A DNA stretch of 64,000 nucleotides, taken from assembly GCA_020850835.1 (NCBI GenBank), contig JADZDX010000037.1, positions 17,044-81,043 of the forward strand, read 5' to 3'. The position numbers and the translations under genes were made by a program. The notes under the pieces were generated by a model that ran no database searches, had not been told where the DNA came from, and worked only from the letters and a program-made list of their open reading frames with translations. Shown one piece after another: positions 17,979 to 28,000 of the stretch. Source of the stretch: Fimbriimonadaceae bacterium. Its GTDB lineage: Bacteria; Armatimonadota; Fimbriimonadia; Fimbriimonadales; Fimbriimonadaceae. Numbering within the stretch: the first letter of the stretch is position 1; each line of letters begins with the position of its first letter.

Positions 17979-20129
17979 ATGAATGCATGTGTCATTGGCG
18001 CCGGAACCATGGGTGCGGGTATTGCCGCCCACCTCGCCAACCTGGGGCTTCAGGTCACCCTACTTGACATGAACCGTGAATCGGCAGGAGCTGCTTTCGA
18101 AAGGTCCAAGAAAGTTCGCCCACCCCACTTCTACAATACGGATGCTCTAGCTAGGATTCGCATTGGGGGAATTGAAGAAGATCTCAACTTGGTCGCCGAA
18201 GCTGACTGGGTTTGCGAGGCCATCATTGAGAATCTGGATGCTAAGCGTGATCTTTTCGCTCGTATAGTCCCTCATCTTAAGAAAGATGCTTTCATTAGTA
18301 GCAACACGTCATCCCTCCCCCTATCTTTGCTTGCGGAAGGGCTTCCGGAAGAGATCAGGAGGCGCCTCGTGGGGACCCACTTTTTCAATCCGCCGCGTTA
18401 TCTGAAGCTCCTTGAGCTCATACCCACTAAGGAAACAGACCCGAAGGAAATCACTCGCATCACGCGGTTCCTTGAAGAACAAGTCGGACGCCGAGTTATC
18501 CTAGCAAAGGATACTCCTGGCTTCATTGCGAATCGTTTTGGAATGTGGGCCATGTTCCACGCGGTTCATACGGCGGAAAAACTGAACCTCTCAGTCGAGC
18601 AGGTGGACGCCGTGTGCGGCCCCTTCCTAGGGCGCCCTCGCAGTGCAGCTTTTCGCTTGAATGACATCGTTGGCCTAGACGTCATGTCCTTCATCGCTGG
18701 CATCATGGCGGAACGGTGTACCCACGATCCACACTTGGCAAATCTCAGGCATCCCGCCTCAATGAACGCCCTAATGGAGCGAGGCTGGATCGGCCAAAAA
18801 GGCGGGCAAGGCTACTATCGCAAGGAAGGCAAGGAGTTATTGGCCTTTGATCTTAAGACGCAAGCCTATCGAAATGTCCAGGAGGTCAACTTTGATTCCA
18901 TCAGTGCGGTAGCAAAGAAGCCTCTCGGTGAGCGAGTTCGATCGGTTTTGGCCGCAAAGGATGAAGCAGGAGAGTTTCTGCGGGAGCATCTCATCCCGGT
19001 TCTTGCATACGCCCAATACCTAAAGGATGAGGTTAGCCATAGCGCCCTTGATTTTGATCGCGTGATGATGTGGGGCTTTGGCTGGGAAAAGGGCCCGTTT
19101 GCAATGATTGATGAGATCGGTGCCGAAGTTCTAGGGTTGGAGCCCGCGAAGTACTACAAGGACGACAAAGTACTCAACGAAACGGGAAAGTATGTTGCCC
19201 TACCGAAGGAGCCCGAGTTCCGTTCGATTACGGAGTACCCAATCAAGGAAGAACGCCAAGGGTTCAACGTACGCGACCTTGGCGACGGCGTTGCTGGAGT
19301 GGCGATCACCACCAAGATGGGAGTCGTGGGGCCTGAGTTAGTGGCAAGCTTAACCGAATGGCTTCAGGCTCATGACCAACCCATGGTTCTCTGCTCCGAA
19401 GCCCGATCCTTCTCCGCTGGCTTTGACCTGAAGTTCTTCCTAGATGCTCAGGAGAAGGGCGATTGGCTTGCAATTGACGCGAGCCTCGCCGCCCTGCAAC
19501 AGCTTACGGTTCTATTGAATCAAAAGAAGATCATTGCGGCGGTCCATGGCCACTGCCTCGGGGCAGGATATGAACTCGCAACCGCATGTTCGGTAATCGC
19601 GGCCCATCCAGAAGCAAATATTGGCTTGCCCGAGTCTCGCGTAGGCTTGATTCCAGGGGGAGCGGGCACCTGTCGAATTCGGCTGAAGTCCCAGACAACG
19701 TTGCAAGATCTGGTCGCATCGGTACTCCTCCTGACGCGGGGCCAAGTATCAACAAGCGCAGGTGAAGCAGTTGCCCTCGGCTACTTGCGGAGTAAGGATA
19801 TGATCATCAGCCATCCAGATCGCTTAATTACTGACGCTAGGATCCTCGCTTTAAAGACGGAACCCCGAACCATGCCCCATTGGAAGTTGATGGAGGGCCC
19901 CCTTGCCGGAATGATCGATCGCGCGCTGTCCGAAGGATTATCTAAGGGCGATTTCACCGAGCATGACGTTTACATTGGGCAACAGCTTAAGGAGGTCTTT
20001 CGAAAGCCGTCCGACTTTGAAGAAGCGCTCCGGGTCGAGCGAGAAGTCTTCATCGAGTTGTTGCGCGAGGGCTTGAGCGTCGCTCGCATACGTCATATGC
20101 TTGACACCGGCAAGCCGCTGAAGAATTAG
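17979..20129 (+). CDS. Bifunctional 3-hydroxyacyl-CoA dehydrogenase / enoyl-CoA hydratase (FadN-like domain order)
   Basis: N-terminal Rossmann 'VIGAGTMGAGIAAHLA' and 'HFFNPPRYLKLLE'. C-terminal crotonase fold 'FSAGFDLKFF' and 'AAVHGHCLGAGYELA'. Start set to the ATG at 17979, downstream of the tRNA. Confidence 0.85.
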   Translation: MNACVIGAGTMGAGIAAHLANLGLQVTLLDMNRESAGAAFERSKKVRPPHFYNTDALARIRIGGIEEDLNLVAEADWVCEAIIENLDAKRDLFARIVPHLKKDAFISSNTSSLPLSLLAEGLPEEIRRRLVGTHFFNPPRYLKLLELIPTKETDPKEITRITRFLEEQVGRRVILAKDTPGFIANRFGMWAMFHAVHTAEKLNLSVEQVDAVCGPFLGRPRSAAFRLNDIVGLDVMSFIAGIMAERCTHDPHLANLRHPASMNALMERGWIGQKGGQGYYRKEGKELLAFDLKTQAYRNVQEVNFDSISAVAKKPLGERVRSVLAAKDEAGEFLREHLIPVLAYAQYLKDEVSHSALDFDRVMMWGFGWEKGPFAMIDEIGAEVLGLEPAKYYKDDKVLNETGKYVALPKEPEFRSITEYPIKEERQGFNVRDLGDGVAGVAITTKMGVVGPELVASLTEWLQAHDQPMVLCSEARSFSAGFDLKFFLDAQEKGDWLAIDASLAALQQLTVLLNQKKIIAAVHGHCLGAGYELATACSVIAAHPEANIGLPESRVGLIPGGAGTCRIRLKSQTTLQDLVASVLLLTRGQVSTSAGEAVALGYLRSKDMIISHPDRLITDARILALKTEPRTMPHWKLMEGPLAGMIDRALSEGLSKGDFTEHDVYIGQQLKEVFRKPSDFEEALRVEREVFIELLREGLSVARIRHMLDTGKPLKN

Positions 20130-20145
20130 CCACGGCCAGGAGGCC

Positions 20146-20171
20146 AAAAAAAACCCCGCTTCTTAGCGGGG
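20146..20171 (-). terminator. Intrinsic-terminator-like hairpin oriented for the minus strand
   Basis: Plus strand: A8-CCCCGC-ttctta-GCGGGG. On the minus strand this is a GC stem followed by T8. It lies 17 nt after the fadN-like stop. Confidence 0.45.
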
Positions 20172-20408
20172 TGAGGAGTTGGCTACTTCGGACGGTCTGT
20201 AATTGATCGTCTCTACGGTTTTTCGTTTAGGCGCCTCTTCGTGCGCCTCGTGAATTTCTAGACAGCAACAACCATGCCGGTGTTCTCAGCGATAGGCCTT
20301 TAGACCTATTTTGAACTTCGAGGTGCGTGGGTACTTTTCATGGGTCCCTGCGTACGCACAATTTGGCTCGGCAAGTGAAGGGCTGCTTGAAGTACAATTT
20401 GAACCTGA

Positions 20409-21152
20409 ATGAGGATACTAGTTCCCGTCAAACGGGTTGTTGACCCCTTCTCCAAGGTCCGTCCCCTTCCTGACGGCAGCGGAATTGATACGACCGGCAT
20501 TAAGTTTGAAATCAATCCCTTTGATGAGATTGCTGTTGAAGAAGCCGTCCGACTACGGGAAAAGAACCCAGACATCGAAATCGTCGTTGTGAGTATCGGA
20601 AGCGCTGACTGTGAAGAACAGCTCCGAAAGGCTCTAGCAATGGGTGCCGACCGCGCAATCCTTGTTGAGACGACCCATTTGTTCGATTCTCTTGGAATAG
20701 CCAAGGAACTTAAGGCCATCGTTGACAAGGAGCAACCTAGTTTGGTGCTCATGGGCAAACAGGCAACCGACTACGATTGCAATCAAGCGGCGCAGATGCT
20801 CGCGGCAAAGTTGGGCTGGCCTCAAGCATGTTTCGCATCCGCAATTTCTATTACCGGTCAGATGTTGGCTGTCAACCGTGAGACTGATCTTGGAGTTGAG
20901 ACCGTTGAGATACCGATGCCGTGCGTCATCACCACGGATCTCCGGCTCAATGAACCACGCTTTGTCGCTTTACCAGGAATCATTAAAGCTCGGAGCAAAC
21001 CCCTTGATCGGATCCCACCTTCCGTAACTCCTGCTCCGCTTACCCGAACGATCAAGGTCGAGAGTCCCGGTGCCAGACCCCCTGGGCGCAAAGTTGCAAA
21101 CGTTGAGGAATTGGTTAGCGAACTCAAAAACCGAGGTGCTCTGTCGGCATGA
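20409..21152 (+). CDS. etfB: Electron transfer flavoprotein beta subunit
   Basis: 'MRILVPVKRVVD...INPFDEIAVEEAVRL' and 'VLMGKQATDYDCNQ'. Confidence 0.9.
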   Translation: MRILVPVKRVVDPFSKVRPLPDGSGIDTTGIKFEINPFDEIAVEEAVRLREKNPDIEIVVVSIGSADCEEQLRKALAMGADRAILVETTHLFDSLGIAKELKAIVDKEQPSLVLMGKQATDYDCNQAAQMLAAKLGWPQACFASAISITGQMLAVNRETDLGVETVEIPMPCVITTDLRLNEPRFVALPGIIKARSKPLDRIPPSVTPAPLTRTIKVESPGARPPGRKVANVEELVSELKNRGALSA

Positions 21153-22036
21153 GCATTGTCGGAATTGCTTTCACTCCCGCGGATGCCACCGGAATCCAGG
21201 CGTTTGCCGCGGCTCTCGGGTTGCCTTTCCGCCTCGTTCAGATCACCGGCGCCGCTAACACGACTTGCGGTGCTCTGAAAGTTTTGTCCGCAGGTCTCGA
21301 AGACGTCCCCCCCGCTGATGGCCTCGTAGCCTCCCTTGAGGGGGCCGTTCAAGGAGCAAGCCATATTGTCGCGGTTAGTTCAATGGCCAGTAAAGATGTT
21401 ATGGCTCGACTCGCCGGTGTACTGGACTGCGCAATGGTTACGGACGTTGTCTCCGCTGATTCGCCATCAACATTTAAGCGCCCAATCGTCGCCGGAACCC
21501 TCATCGAGACGGTCGAAGCCAGCGGGGCGCCGATAGTGCTGACCTTCCGTCCGGCCGGCTATGAAAGGAAACCCCCAGGAGGGGCCTGTGAGGTCGAGAG
21601 TTTCTCCATTTCGCCGAGCAAAGTTCGGGTCACGCAAGCCGCCCACAAGAGCGGGGGGCGACCGGACCTCACACAAGCTTCAGTAGTCGTCTCCGGAGGA
21701 CGCCCTCTAAAAGATCGAGAGACTTTCGAATCCGTCATCGGTGGTCTAGCAGACACCCTAGGTGGAGCGGCTGGAGCTACCCGTGCAGCGGTTGACAGCG
21801 GTATCGCACCCAACGAGCTACAGGTTGGGCAAACCGGAAAGATCGTTGCCCCGGACCTCTACATCGCGGCTGGTATTAGCGGATCTACACAGCATATGGC
21901 GGGCATCAAAGACAGTAAGTGCATCGTTGCGATCAACAAGGATCCCGAGGCGCCAATCTTTGAGGTCGCTGATTTGGGCCTCGTGGCTGACCTATTCGAA
22001 GCGATCCCCGCAATCCGTAACCTTCTTGGAAAATGA
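21149..22036 (+). CDS. etfA: Electron transfer flavoprotein alpha subunit
   Basis: FAD motif 'PDLYIAAGISGSTQHMAGIKDSKCIVAINKDPEAPIF'. ATGA overlap with etfB. Confidence 0.9.
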   Translation: MSIVGIAFTPADATGIQAFAAALGLPFRLVQITGAANTTCGALKVLSAGLEDVPPADGLVASLEGAVQGASHIVAVSSMASKDVMARLAGVLDCAMVTDVVSADSPSTFKRPIVAGTLIETVEASGAPIVLTFRPAGYERKPPGGACEVESFSISPSKVRVTQAAHKSGGRPDLTQASVVVSGGRPLKDRETFESVIGGLADTLGGAAGATRAAVDSGIAPNELQVGQTGKIVAPDLYIAAGISGSTQHMAGIKDSKCIVAINKDPEAPIFEVADLGLVADLFEAIPAIRNLLGK

Positions 22037-22470
22037 TCACGCGCCAAACCGATCCGCACCGATGGGAAGGTATTGAGGTCTTTCCCTACAAGGAGTCGGG
22101 GACGCACTTCAAGACGATCACACGCCAAACCCTCTTTTCGGGAGATCACGACTTACCCATTGAGCTACGCTACTTCGAGATTGGACCGGGCGGACACAGC
22201 ACACTTGAAAGACATGAGCACGCGCATCTTGTCATGGTGTCACGAGGTAGGGGGCAAGTCCTTGTCGGTGATCGGATCTCGCAGATTGGACCGAACGACT
22301 TAGTTCAAGTACCTCCCATGACTTGGCACCAGTTTCAACCCCTGCCTGACGAAACTCTCGGTATCTTTTGCGTTGTTAGCGCAGAGCGAGACCGACCACA
22401 GCGGCCCACTGATCAGGACGTGGAGGCACTCAACACCTGTGCCGAGGTTGCGGACTTCATCAAACTTTGA
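22033..22470 (+). CDS. Cupin-domain protein
   Basis: 'GPGGHSTLERHEHAHLVMV...VPPMTWHQF' matches the two-motif cupin pattern (H..H...E / H). ATGA overlap with etfA. Confidence 0.6.
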   Translation: MITRQTDPHRWEGIEVFPYKESGTHFKTITRQTLFSGDHDLPIELRYFEIGPGGHSTLERHEHAHLVMVSRGRGQVLVGDRISQIGPNDLVQVPPMTWHQFQPLPDETLGIFCVVSAERDRPQRPTDQDVEALNTCAEVADFIKL

Positions 22471-22491
22471 GCCGTAAACGGGCAACCAAGA

Positions 22492-23364
22492 CTACCGATA
22501 GTCTACTGGGCGTAAATAAAATTCTCCGATGGCCGTATCCGTGAGCATCGCAACCGTTGCCGGGCGACGTTTCCAGTGCGTCCCCTGCAGTCGCCGGTTA
22601 ACGAGGTCCAGCTTAGATTCCTCTAATCCAAGACCAAGCAAGTACGACCTTGTATAGCCATGGACCAAGGCATTGAGAATGACGTCCAATTCAGCATAGC
22701 CAAGACCGTAATCCCCCTCATCCGTCTGCCCAGGAATTAGGTCTGCCGAAGGAGGCTTATTGATGATCACGTCGGGCACTCCAAGATGCCGCGCCAATTC
22801 AAAGACCTGGGTCTTGAACAAGTCACCCAATGGATTTACTGGCGGCGCGTCATCGCCATGCCATGTAAAGTAACCCAAGAGTCGTTCGCTCTTGTTGCCG
22901 GTGCCGAGCGGGATTCCTCCTACTTCCATGCTCTGATCAAAGAGTACAACGGTGCGACATCGTGAGCATATGTTGCCGAGGCGGGCCGGGCTAATACCTT
23001 CTTCATAACGTACAGCGTATCCGTCCACCATAGCTGAGATGTCAATCACAGACCCCTTGATGCCCAGCGTCTGCACTACAAGGTTCGCATCAGCCAGACT
23101 AGTGGGCGAACTTACCTTGTAGGGCATTAGAAACGCGTATACGTTCTCGGGGCCGAAGGCCTTGGCGGCCAGGGTTGCGACAACGGCACTGTCCAATCCG
23201 CCTGAAAGTCCTAGGACTACACGGCTCATTTTCCGCTGCCGGATGACCTCGTCCTGAAGAAAGCGGACGAGGTATCGATCAACCAATTCCGGGTTGATTT
23301 TGAGCGTAAGCGGGTCCAAAGGAGAGGTTGGAGCTGATCGGATGACGGGGAGCGCCACCCCCAT
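22492..23364 (-). CDS. nadE: NH3-dependent NAD+ synthetase
   Basis: PP-loop 'LGLSGGLDSAVVATLA', 'GTGNKSE' and 'DEGDYGLGYAELD'. Confidence 0.85.
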   Translation of the reverse strand: MGVALPVIRSAPTSPLDPLTLKINPELVDRYLVRFLQDEVIRQRKMSRVVLGLSGGLDSAVVATLAAKAFGPENVYAFLMPYKVSSPTSLADANLVVQTLGIKGSVIDISAMVDGYAVRYEEGISPARLGNICSRCRTVVLFDQSMEVGGIPLGTGNKSERLLGYFTWHGDDAPPVNPLGDLFKTQVFELARHLGVPDVIINKPPSADLIPGQTDEGDYGLGYAELDVILNALVHGYTRSYLLGLGLEESKLDLVNRRLQGTHWKRRPATVAMLTDTAIGEFYLRPVDYR

Positions 23365-23469
23365 AAGGTACCAAAAAGGACCCGTGTCCGATGAGTCGCA
23401 CGGGTTTTGCGTGTATTCTTTGTGGAAAGGTCGGTTTGGTGCCGACGTATGAAAGAAAGGCGTGTAGCG

Positions 23470-23664
23470 ATGCGAAAAAGTCTGCTTAGCACAGTGGCCA
23501 CCGTAATAGTGTTGGTCATCTTGGGCCTCATGGCCTTCAACTTCCTCACCGGGATTCTGTCTCGGCTGATGCCGCTACTTGTTTTGGCTGGCATTGGGTA
23601 CGTCGTGTACCGGGTGGCTGTCCCAAAGTCTCTGTCCGGTAATCACCGCAGGATCTTACGGTAG
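23470..23664 (+). CDS. Small two-TM membrane protein (hypothetical)
   Basis: 'MRKSLLSTVATVIVLVILGLMAFNFLTGILSRLMPLLVLAGIGYVVY'. Start is uncertain; ATG 23449 or the ORF start at 23407 are also possible. Confidence 0.35.
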   Translation: MRKSLLSTVATVIVLVILGLMAFNFLTGILSRLMPLLVLAGIGYVVYRVAVPKSLSGNHRRILR

Positions 23665-23709
23665 CTTTCACACCTGATATAGCCACTTTATCTTGGGTAA
23701 AAGTACTGT

Positions 23710-25881
23710 ATGGCCCCTTGGCTTGCCGCGATCCTCGTCTCACATCCGTTTTCCATCCAGCGGGACTCTTATGGCGTTGCACAGGTCTCCGCCACTGCGC
23801 CCCTTCTCGCTTATGAGGGTATGGGCTATGCAGTTGCTCAAGATCGTTTATGGCAACTGGAGCTAAGCCGCCGCATTGCTCGCGGCACCATGTCGGAGAC
23901 CTTTGGCAAGGAATATGTTGCCAGCGATTCGGCGACCTTCAAGCTAGGATACTCAGATCAAGAGCTAGAAGCGATGCTCGGTCAACTCGGGCAAGATCGA
24001 TCAGTCTTCTCCGCTTACACTAAGGGTATCAATCGAAGTATTTCAGAGCGGAAAGCAGACCAAGCCCTTCCTCCTGAATATGCAAAGAATGGATTCCTGC
24101 CAAGCCCTTGGACCGAGTTAGATTCCGCGGCAATCTGTGTTCGGATGGCCCGCCTGTTCGGTAATGGAGGCGAGGGCGAGCTTCGAAATCTGCTCCTCAC
24201 CTACTACTTGAAAGGGCAACCTGTTGGTGAAAAATACCTTGATGCCGTGGATGACCTCGCATGGTTTAACGATCCTGATTCGCCGGTGACCGCCGACGTG
24301 CCAAGGCCAGCGGGATTTCTGGACCGCCCGGCAACACGTACGCAAACTACAACCCAACTTAAAGAGATTCCTGGTAGTAGCCTTTTTGAGCTCTTGCCCG
24401 CCGTCCGACTCGCGGCTGCTGAGGACAGCCGCCTCGTAGCTGAAGCACACGGGATTCCGTTTAAGACCGGCAGTTACGCGATGCTCGTCTCGAAGGGCCG
24501 AAGCTTGACGCCCAATGCCCTACTTCTCGGCGGCCCCCAAATGGGGCACACCATCCCAAGTGTTGTGCATGAGGTGTCCCTGCTGGCGCCCGGCCTAGCC
24601 GTCACCGGCATGGACGTTCCAGGTATTCCTGGCGTGCTTATCGGCAAGGGGAAATCTTTAGCATGGACCCTGACCAGCGGAGTGGCCGATATGACGGATA
24701 TCGTCTATTATCGAAAATCGTCCGCTCAGCATGACCCACGGTTTGTCACAGAACAAGGCACAATCAAGGTCAAGGGTGATGAACCGGTTCATGTAACGAG
24801 AACTCGGTCAGCTGTTGGGCCTGTCGTCCTTGATTCAAAGATTGGCAATGCGATTTACGTTCAGCGCTCGGCCCTCTGGAAGAAAGAATTCCAAGGTTAC
24901 CGAGCCGTGTGGAAACTTCCCTTGTTGACCTCGGCGAGGGCTGCGACCAAAGCCATGGATTCTCCTCTCAGCTTCAATTTTTTTGTTGCAGATTCGATGG
25001 GCAACATTGGCTGGAAGTATTGCGGCGCTTTCTACAAGCGAGCGCCTGGGTACGATAGCCGCTTTCCAGTCCCCGTCGAAGCTACCTGGCAACCATACAG
25101 CCAGTCCATTAACCCGGTGGTATTGAATCCGAAGGACGGTCTTTTGACCAATTGGAACAACAAGCCCGTGAAATGGTGGCCAAACTGGGATACTCCTGTC
25201 TGGGGCAAACATTTTAGAGTCGCCGCCCTGCGGCAATCCCTACCTCCGGGCAAACTAACCCTAGGTGACCTAGAGAAGGCGGCGACCAAGATTTCCCAGC
25301 GAGATGAGGGTTCGTGGACTAGTTTCATGCCTCTTATTCGCCGAGGGGTTAAGCCAGCCAGATACGAAGGCAATATACGACAGGCAGCAAGCCTCTTGCT
25401 TAGCTATGATGGATGGAACACCGTTGGGTCAAAGGCGGCCGTCATATATGCCGCGTTTATCAGCCAACTCAAGCAAGAAGTCTTTACGCCATTGCTGGGG
25501 ACTTTCATGTCACCGCAAAACATGAACCTTATCATTCAGACCTCGCCCCTTGACCGAGCCATCAATCGGCGCACTCGATTGAACTACCTCGGGAACCGCT
25601 CCCCCGAGGAGGTTGTCGCAGGCGCGTTTGAGAAGGCCGCCCGGATCCTTATACAGCAGAAGGGAGCCCCAAGCAAATGGAGCTACAACCCTGGCGGAAT
25701 CAGAGCCCCGGATGGTTCGCTCATTCCGTACGGCAATCGGGGCACCTTCATCGAGGTAATCGAGCTGAATGGGCTCGCCAGGAGCGTCGCGGGGCCAGGG
25801 GTATCCGAGTACGGTCCTCACAGCACTGACCAAGTTCAGCTCAATCGGGACTGGAGCTACAAACCGATGTGGCGTCCCTAG
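23710..25881 (+). CDS. Penicillin/acyl-homoserine-lactone acylase family protein (Ntn hydrolase, S45)
   Basis: 'RDSYGVAQV...GMGYAVAQDRLWQLELSRR', a candidate nucleophile context 'TGSYAMLV', and 'WNNKP'. 723 aa. Confidence 0.85.
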   Translation: MAPWLAAILVSHPFSIQRDSYGVAQVSATAPLLAYEGMGYAVAQDRLWQLELSRRIARGTMSETFGKEYVASDSATFKLGYSDQELEAMLGQLGQDRSVFSAYTKGINRSISERKADQALPPEYAKNGFLPSPWTELDSAAICVRMARLFGNGGEGELRNLLLTYYLKGQPVGEKYLDAVDDLAWFNDPDSPVTADVPRPAGFLDRPATRTQTTTQLKEIPGSSLFELLPAVRLAAAEDSRLVAEAHGIPFKTGSYAMLVSKGRSLTPNALLLGGPQMGHTIPSVVHEVSLLAPGLAVTGMDVPGIPGVLIGKGKSLAWTLTSGVADMTDIVYYRKSSAQHDPRFVTEQGTIKVKGDEPVHVTRTRSAVGPVVLDSKIGNAIYVQRSALWKKEFQGYRAVWKLPLLTSARAATKAMDSPLSFNFFVADSMGNIGWKYCGAFYKRAPGYDSRFPVPVEATWQPYSQSINPVVLNPKDGLLTNWNNKPVKWWPNWDTPVWGKHFRVAALRQSLPPGKLTLGDLEKAATKISQRDEGSWTSFMPLIRRGVKPARYEGNIRQAASLLLSYDGWNTVGSKAAVIYAAFISQLKQEVFTPLLGTFMSPQNMNLIIQTSPLDRAINRRTRLNYLGNRSPEEVVAGAFEKAARILIQQKGAPSKWSYNPGGIRAPDGSLIPYGNRGTFIEVIELNGLARSVAGPGVSEYGPHSTDQVQLNRDWSYKPMWRP

Positions 25882-25895
25882 TGTATAGTCTCCCC

Positions 25896-26348
25896 ATGCG
25901 ACAGTTTGCTCTTGCTGGCCTCTTGGGTCTCGTTCTTGTTGGATGCGGTCAAAAGGGCGACCCCCTGGTTGGTACATGGATCTCAGATGGCGATTTAGGC
26001 GGAGCCAAGCTCAATGCAGAGTCAACCTATAATGCCGACGGGACATATTCGGGTGTTGTGACAATGACCCTTCCGGGCAAGGCAGGCAAGCTGACCACAA
26101 CGCAAGCTGGGAAATGGAAACGCGAGGGTGAAAAGCTTAAGGTGACGCTGGAGTCCTATGATGTCAAGGCGTCCGATATTCCCGCCGCCTACAAGCCGAT
26201 GTTTGACCAGCAAAATACGCCCGCAGCACGCAAGAAGATGATGGACGAGGCAAACACCCAACCCGCCACTGAATTAAAGTGGACCAACAACAATGAGTTC
26301 ACCGCCTCCATCCAAGGCCAAACTCTGACCTTCAAGCGCAAGGGTTAG
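25896..26348 (+). CDS. Lipoprotein, function unknown
   Basis: 'MRQFALAGLLGLVLVGCGQ' gives a lipobox (LVGC). Start set to the ATG at 25896. Confidence 0.55.
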   Translation: MRQFALAGLLGLVLVGCGQKGDPLVGTWISDGDLGGAKLNAESTYNADGTYSGVVTMTLPGKAGKLTTTQAGKWKREGEKLKVTLESYDVKASDIPAAYKPMFDQQNTPAARKKMMDEANTQPATELKWTNNNEFTASIQGQTLTFKRKG

Positions 26349-26405
26349 CCGCACCCGACAAGTCAATGTTACACGCCCTGAACGGGGTATCCTCCCAACC
26401 GGTCT

Positions 26406-26482
26406 GCTCCCGTCGTCTAGCGGTTTAGGACATCGCCCTCTCACGGCGAAGATCGCGGGTTCGAATCCCGTCGGGAGTACCA
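26406..26482 (+). tRNA. tRNA-Glu (anticodon CUC), CCA encoded
   Basis: Hand-folded: acceptor GCTCCCG/CGGGAGT, D-stem GTCT/GGAC, anticodon stem TCGCC/GGCGA with loop CTCTCAC, T-loop 'GGGTTCGAATCCC'. Confidence 0.85.
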
Positions 26483-26673
26483 GCCATAAACGCACCCTCA
26501 GAGCAAACCTACTTGACTATCAAGACTGCTATCAACAAGAGCTCAGCGCGAGCTTCACTTGCATCCTAAAGACCCAGAGCAACTCATGATCCTACAGCGG
26601 TCATAACGCAGTCGAAGATCAATCGAATCCATTATCGGGCTCCGCAGGCTAGATCAGGCAGTGCGTGGCATAA

Positions 26674-27570
26674 TTGTGGATTGTGCGCTCAATTCCGTAT
26701 CTTCCTGCAATTGCCATCGCCCTGATCAGTTCCGGCTGCACGGTAAGTCGGGTTGAAGGAAGGGGGGGCAAGTCCCCAGATGAGGGAACCCGATCGGTAG
26801 CAGTGGGCCTAGCCTCTCAAGCTCGCATCTACCACGGCTCAATCACGAACTCCGCCCAGCTTGACCAGACCGACCAGTTCTGGAAGCGGGCTGAAGAAGA
26901 GATCTATCGTTCGCCTGAAGAGCTTGTTGCGCAGGATGCAAGGGAAACTCGAAGGGGGGAGAAATTACCCAAACTTATGCGGGGCAATCCCAATAAGAAG
27001 CTCCTTGCCCTCACTTTTGACGATGGCCCCCATCAGATCTACACAAATCTCCTGCTGAATATTCTTCAGCGTGAACAAGTCAAGGCGACGTTTTTTGTCA
27101 TCGGCAAAATGGTCGAGCGGTACCCGAACCTTTTGCGGGGTATTGATGCGGCGGGAATGGATATCGGTAATCATACATTTAGCCACGTCACATTGACAAA
27201 AATCCCAGAACAAGATGCCGAGATTGAATACCGAGCAAACAACGATATTGTGAAGAAAGTCATCGGAAAGACCATGCGATTTTGTCGTCCGCCCGGCGGA
27301 GACTATGATGCGGAGGTCATCGAGGCTTCCACGCACTGCGGCCTCACTACCGTCTTGTGGACTGACGATCCCGGTGACTACGCCAACCCCGGACAAGCCA
27401 AGATTGAAGAGCGGGTCCTCTCCAAGATCACGAATGGAGGCATCATTCTCTTGCACGATGGAGTAGCTGAGACACTCAATGTGTTGCCCCAAATAATTGC
27501 CTATGGCAAGAAGAAGGGATTTCAATTTGTGACCATTAGCGAATTGCAACGCTCTATTAACGCCAATTAG
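26674..27570 (+). CDS. Polysaccharide/peptidoglycan deacetylase (NodB homology domain), probable lipoprotein
   Basis: 'LTFDDGPH', 'HTFSH', 'RPPGGDYD' and 'ILLHD' are NodB motifs. 'LISSGC' is a lipobox. Start codon uncertain (TTG at 26674 or GTG just downstream). Confidence 0.85.
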   Translation: MWIVRSIPYLPAIAIALISSGCTVSRVEGRGGKSPDEGTRSVAVGLASQARIYHGSITNSAQLDQTDQFWKRAEEEIYRSPEELVAQDARETRRGEKLPKLMRGNPNKKLLALTFDDGPHQIYTNLLLNILQREQVKATFFVIGKMVERYPNLLRGIDAAGMDIGNHTFSHVTLTKIPEQDAEIEYRANNDIVKKVIGKTMRFCRPPGGDYDAEVIEASTHCGLTTVLWTDDPGDYANPGQAKIEERVLSKITNGGIILLHDGVAETLNVLPQIIAYGKKKGFQFVTISELQRSINAN

Positions 27571-27588
27571 TCAGCACACGACGACAAT

Positions 27589-27996
27589 ATGAGTATCTGG
27601 TTCGACCGATGTGGGATCGTGATCCAGTTCTTTGCGTTTTGGCTCATTGCCCCAGAATTCATTGGCGGGGCAAATATGAACAAGTTTGGCAAGTCCCTGG
27701 CCCAGTTTCTGTCGACCACGGGCTTCGTTCTCCTCTCGTCCGGTGTTCTCGTCCTGGCTTGGTCGCTTGCTTTCCTCGATGGGCTCCATTGGTTTCACCG
27801 CGCGAGCATCGCCCTTCTGATAAGCTCAATCGTCATCGTCCCAAAACTCCTGCTCTACCGCAAGTTTCATCAACTCTGGCTCCCGAAATTACTGGATCAC
27901 CTTTCTTGCGACGAACACTTTCGCCGGGTGTTGGCTCTCGTTGGGTGCGCACTATTCACCCTTGGAACCATCTTCCAATTATTAGGCACGGTTTAG
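27589..27996 (+). CDS. Integral membrane protein (hypothetical, about 4 TM)
   Basis: Hydrophobic segments throughout. I recognise no family. Confidence 0.45.
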   Translation: MSIWFDRCGIVIQFFAFWLIAPEFIGGANMNKFGKSLAQFLSTTGFVLLSSGVLVLAWSLAFLDGLHWFHRASIALLISSIVIVPKLLLYRKFHQLWLPKLLDHLSCDEHFRRVLALVGCALFTLGTIFQLLGTV

Positions 27997-28000
27997 CCAA

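Noticed and set aside
17712-18032. Long N-terminal extension of the pilB ORF (692 aa in the track)
   Set aside because: The extension runs antisense through the tRNA-Leu gene (17836-17922). It has arbitrary composition, and the GspE N-domain only begins near the ATG at 17711, so I treat it as not coding.
20306-20758. 150-aa minus-strand ORF antisense to etfB, and many similar ORFs (e.g. 17290..17949, 26965..27549, 36133..36696, 38906..39508, 6008..6589, 61896..62417)
   Set aside because: These lie opposite strongly supported genes. They are Arg/Ser/Pro/Gly-rich, as expected for antisense frames in GC-rich DNA, and they have no motifs. I judge them spurious.
26483-26673. att-like direct repeat of the tRNA-Glu 3' end marking an integrated element
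   Set aside because: I found only an 8-nt match ('tcgaatcc' near 26620), which is within chance expectation, and there is no integrase nearby.
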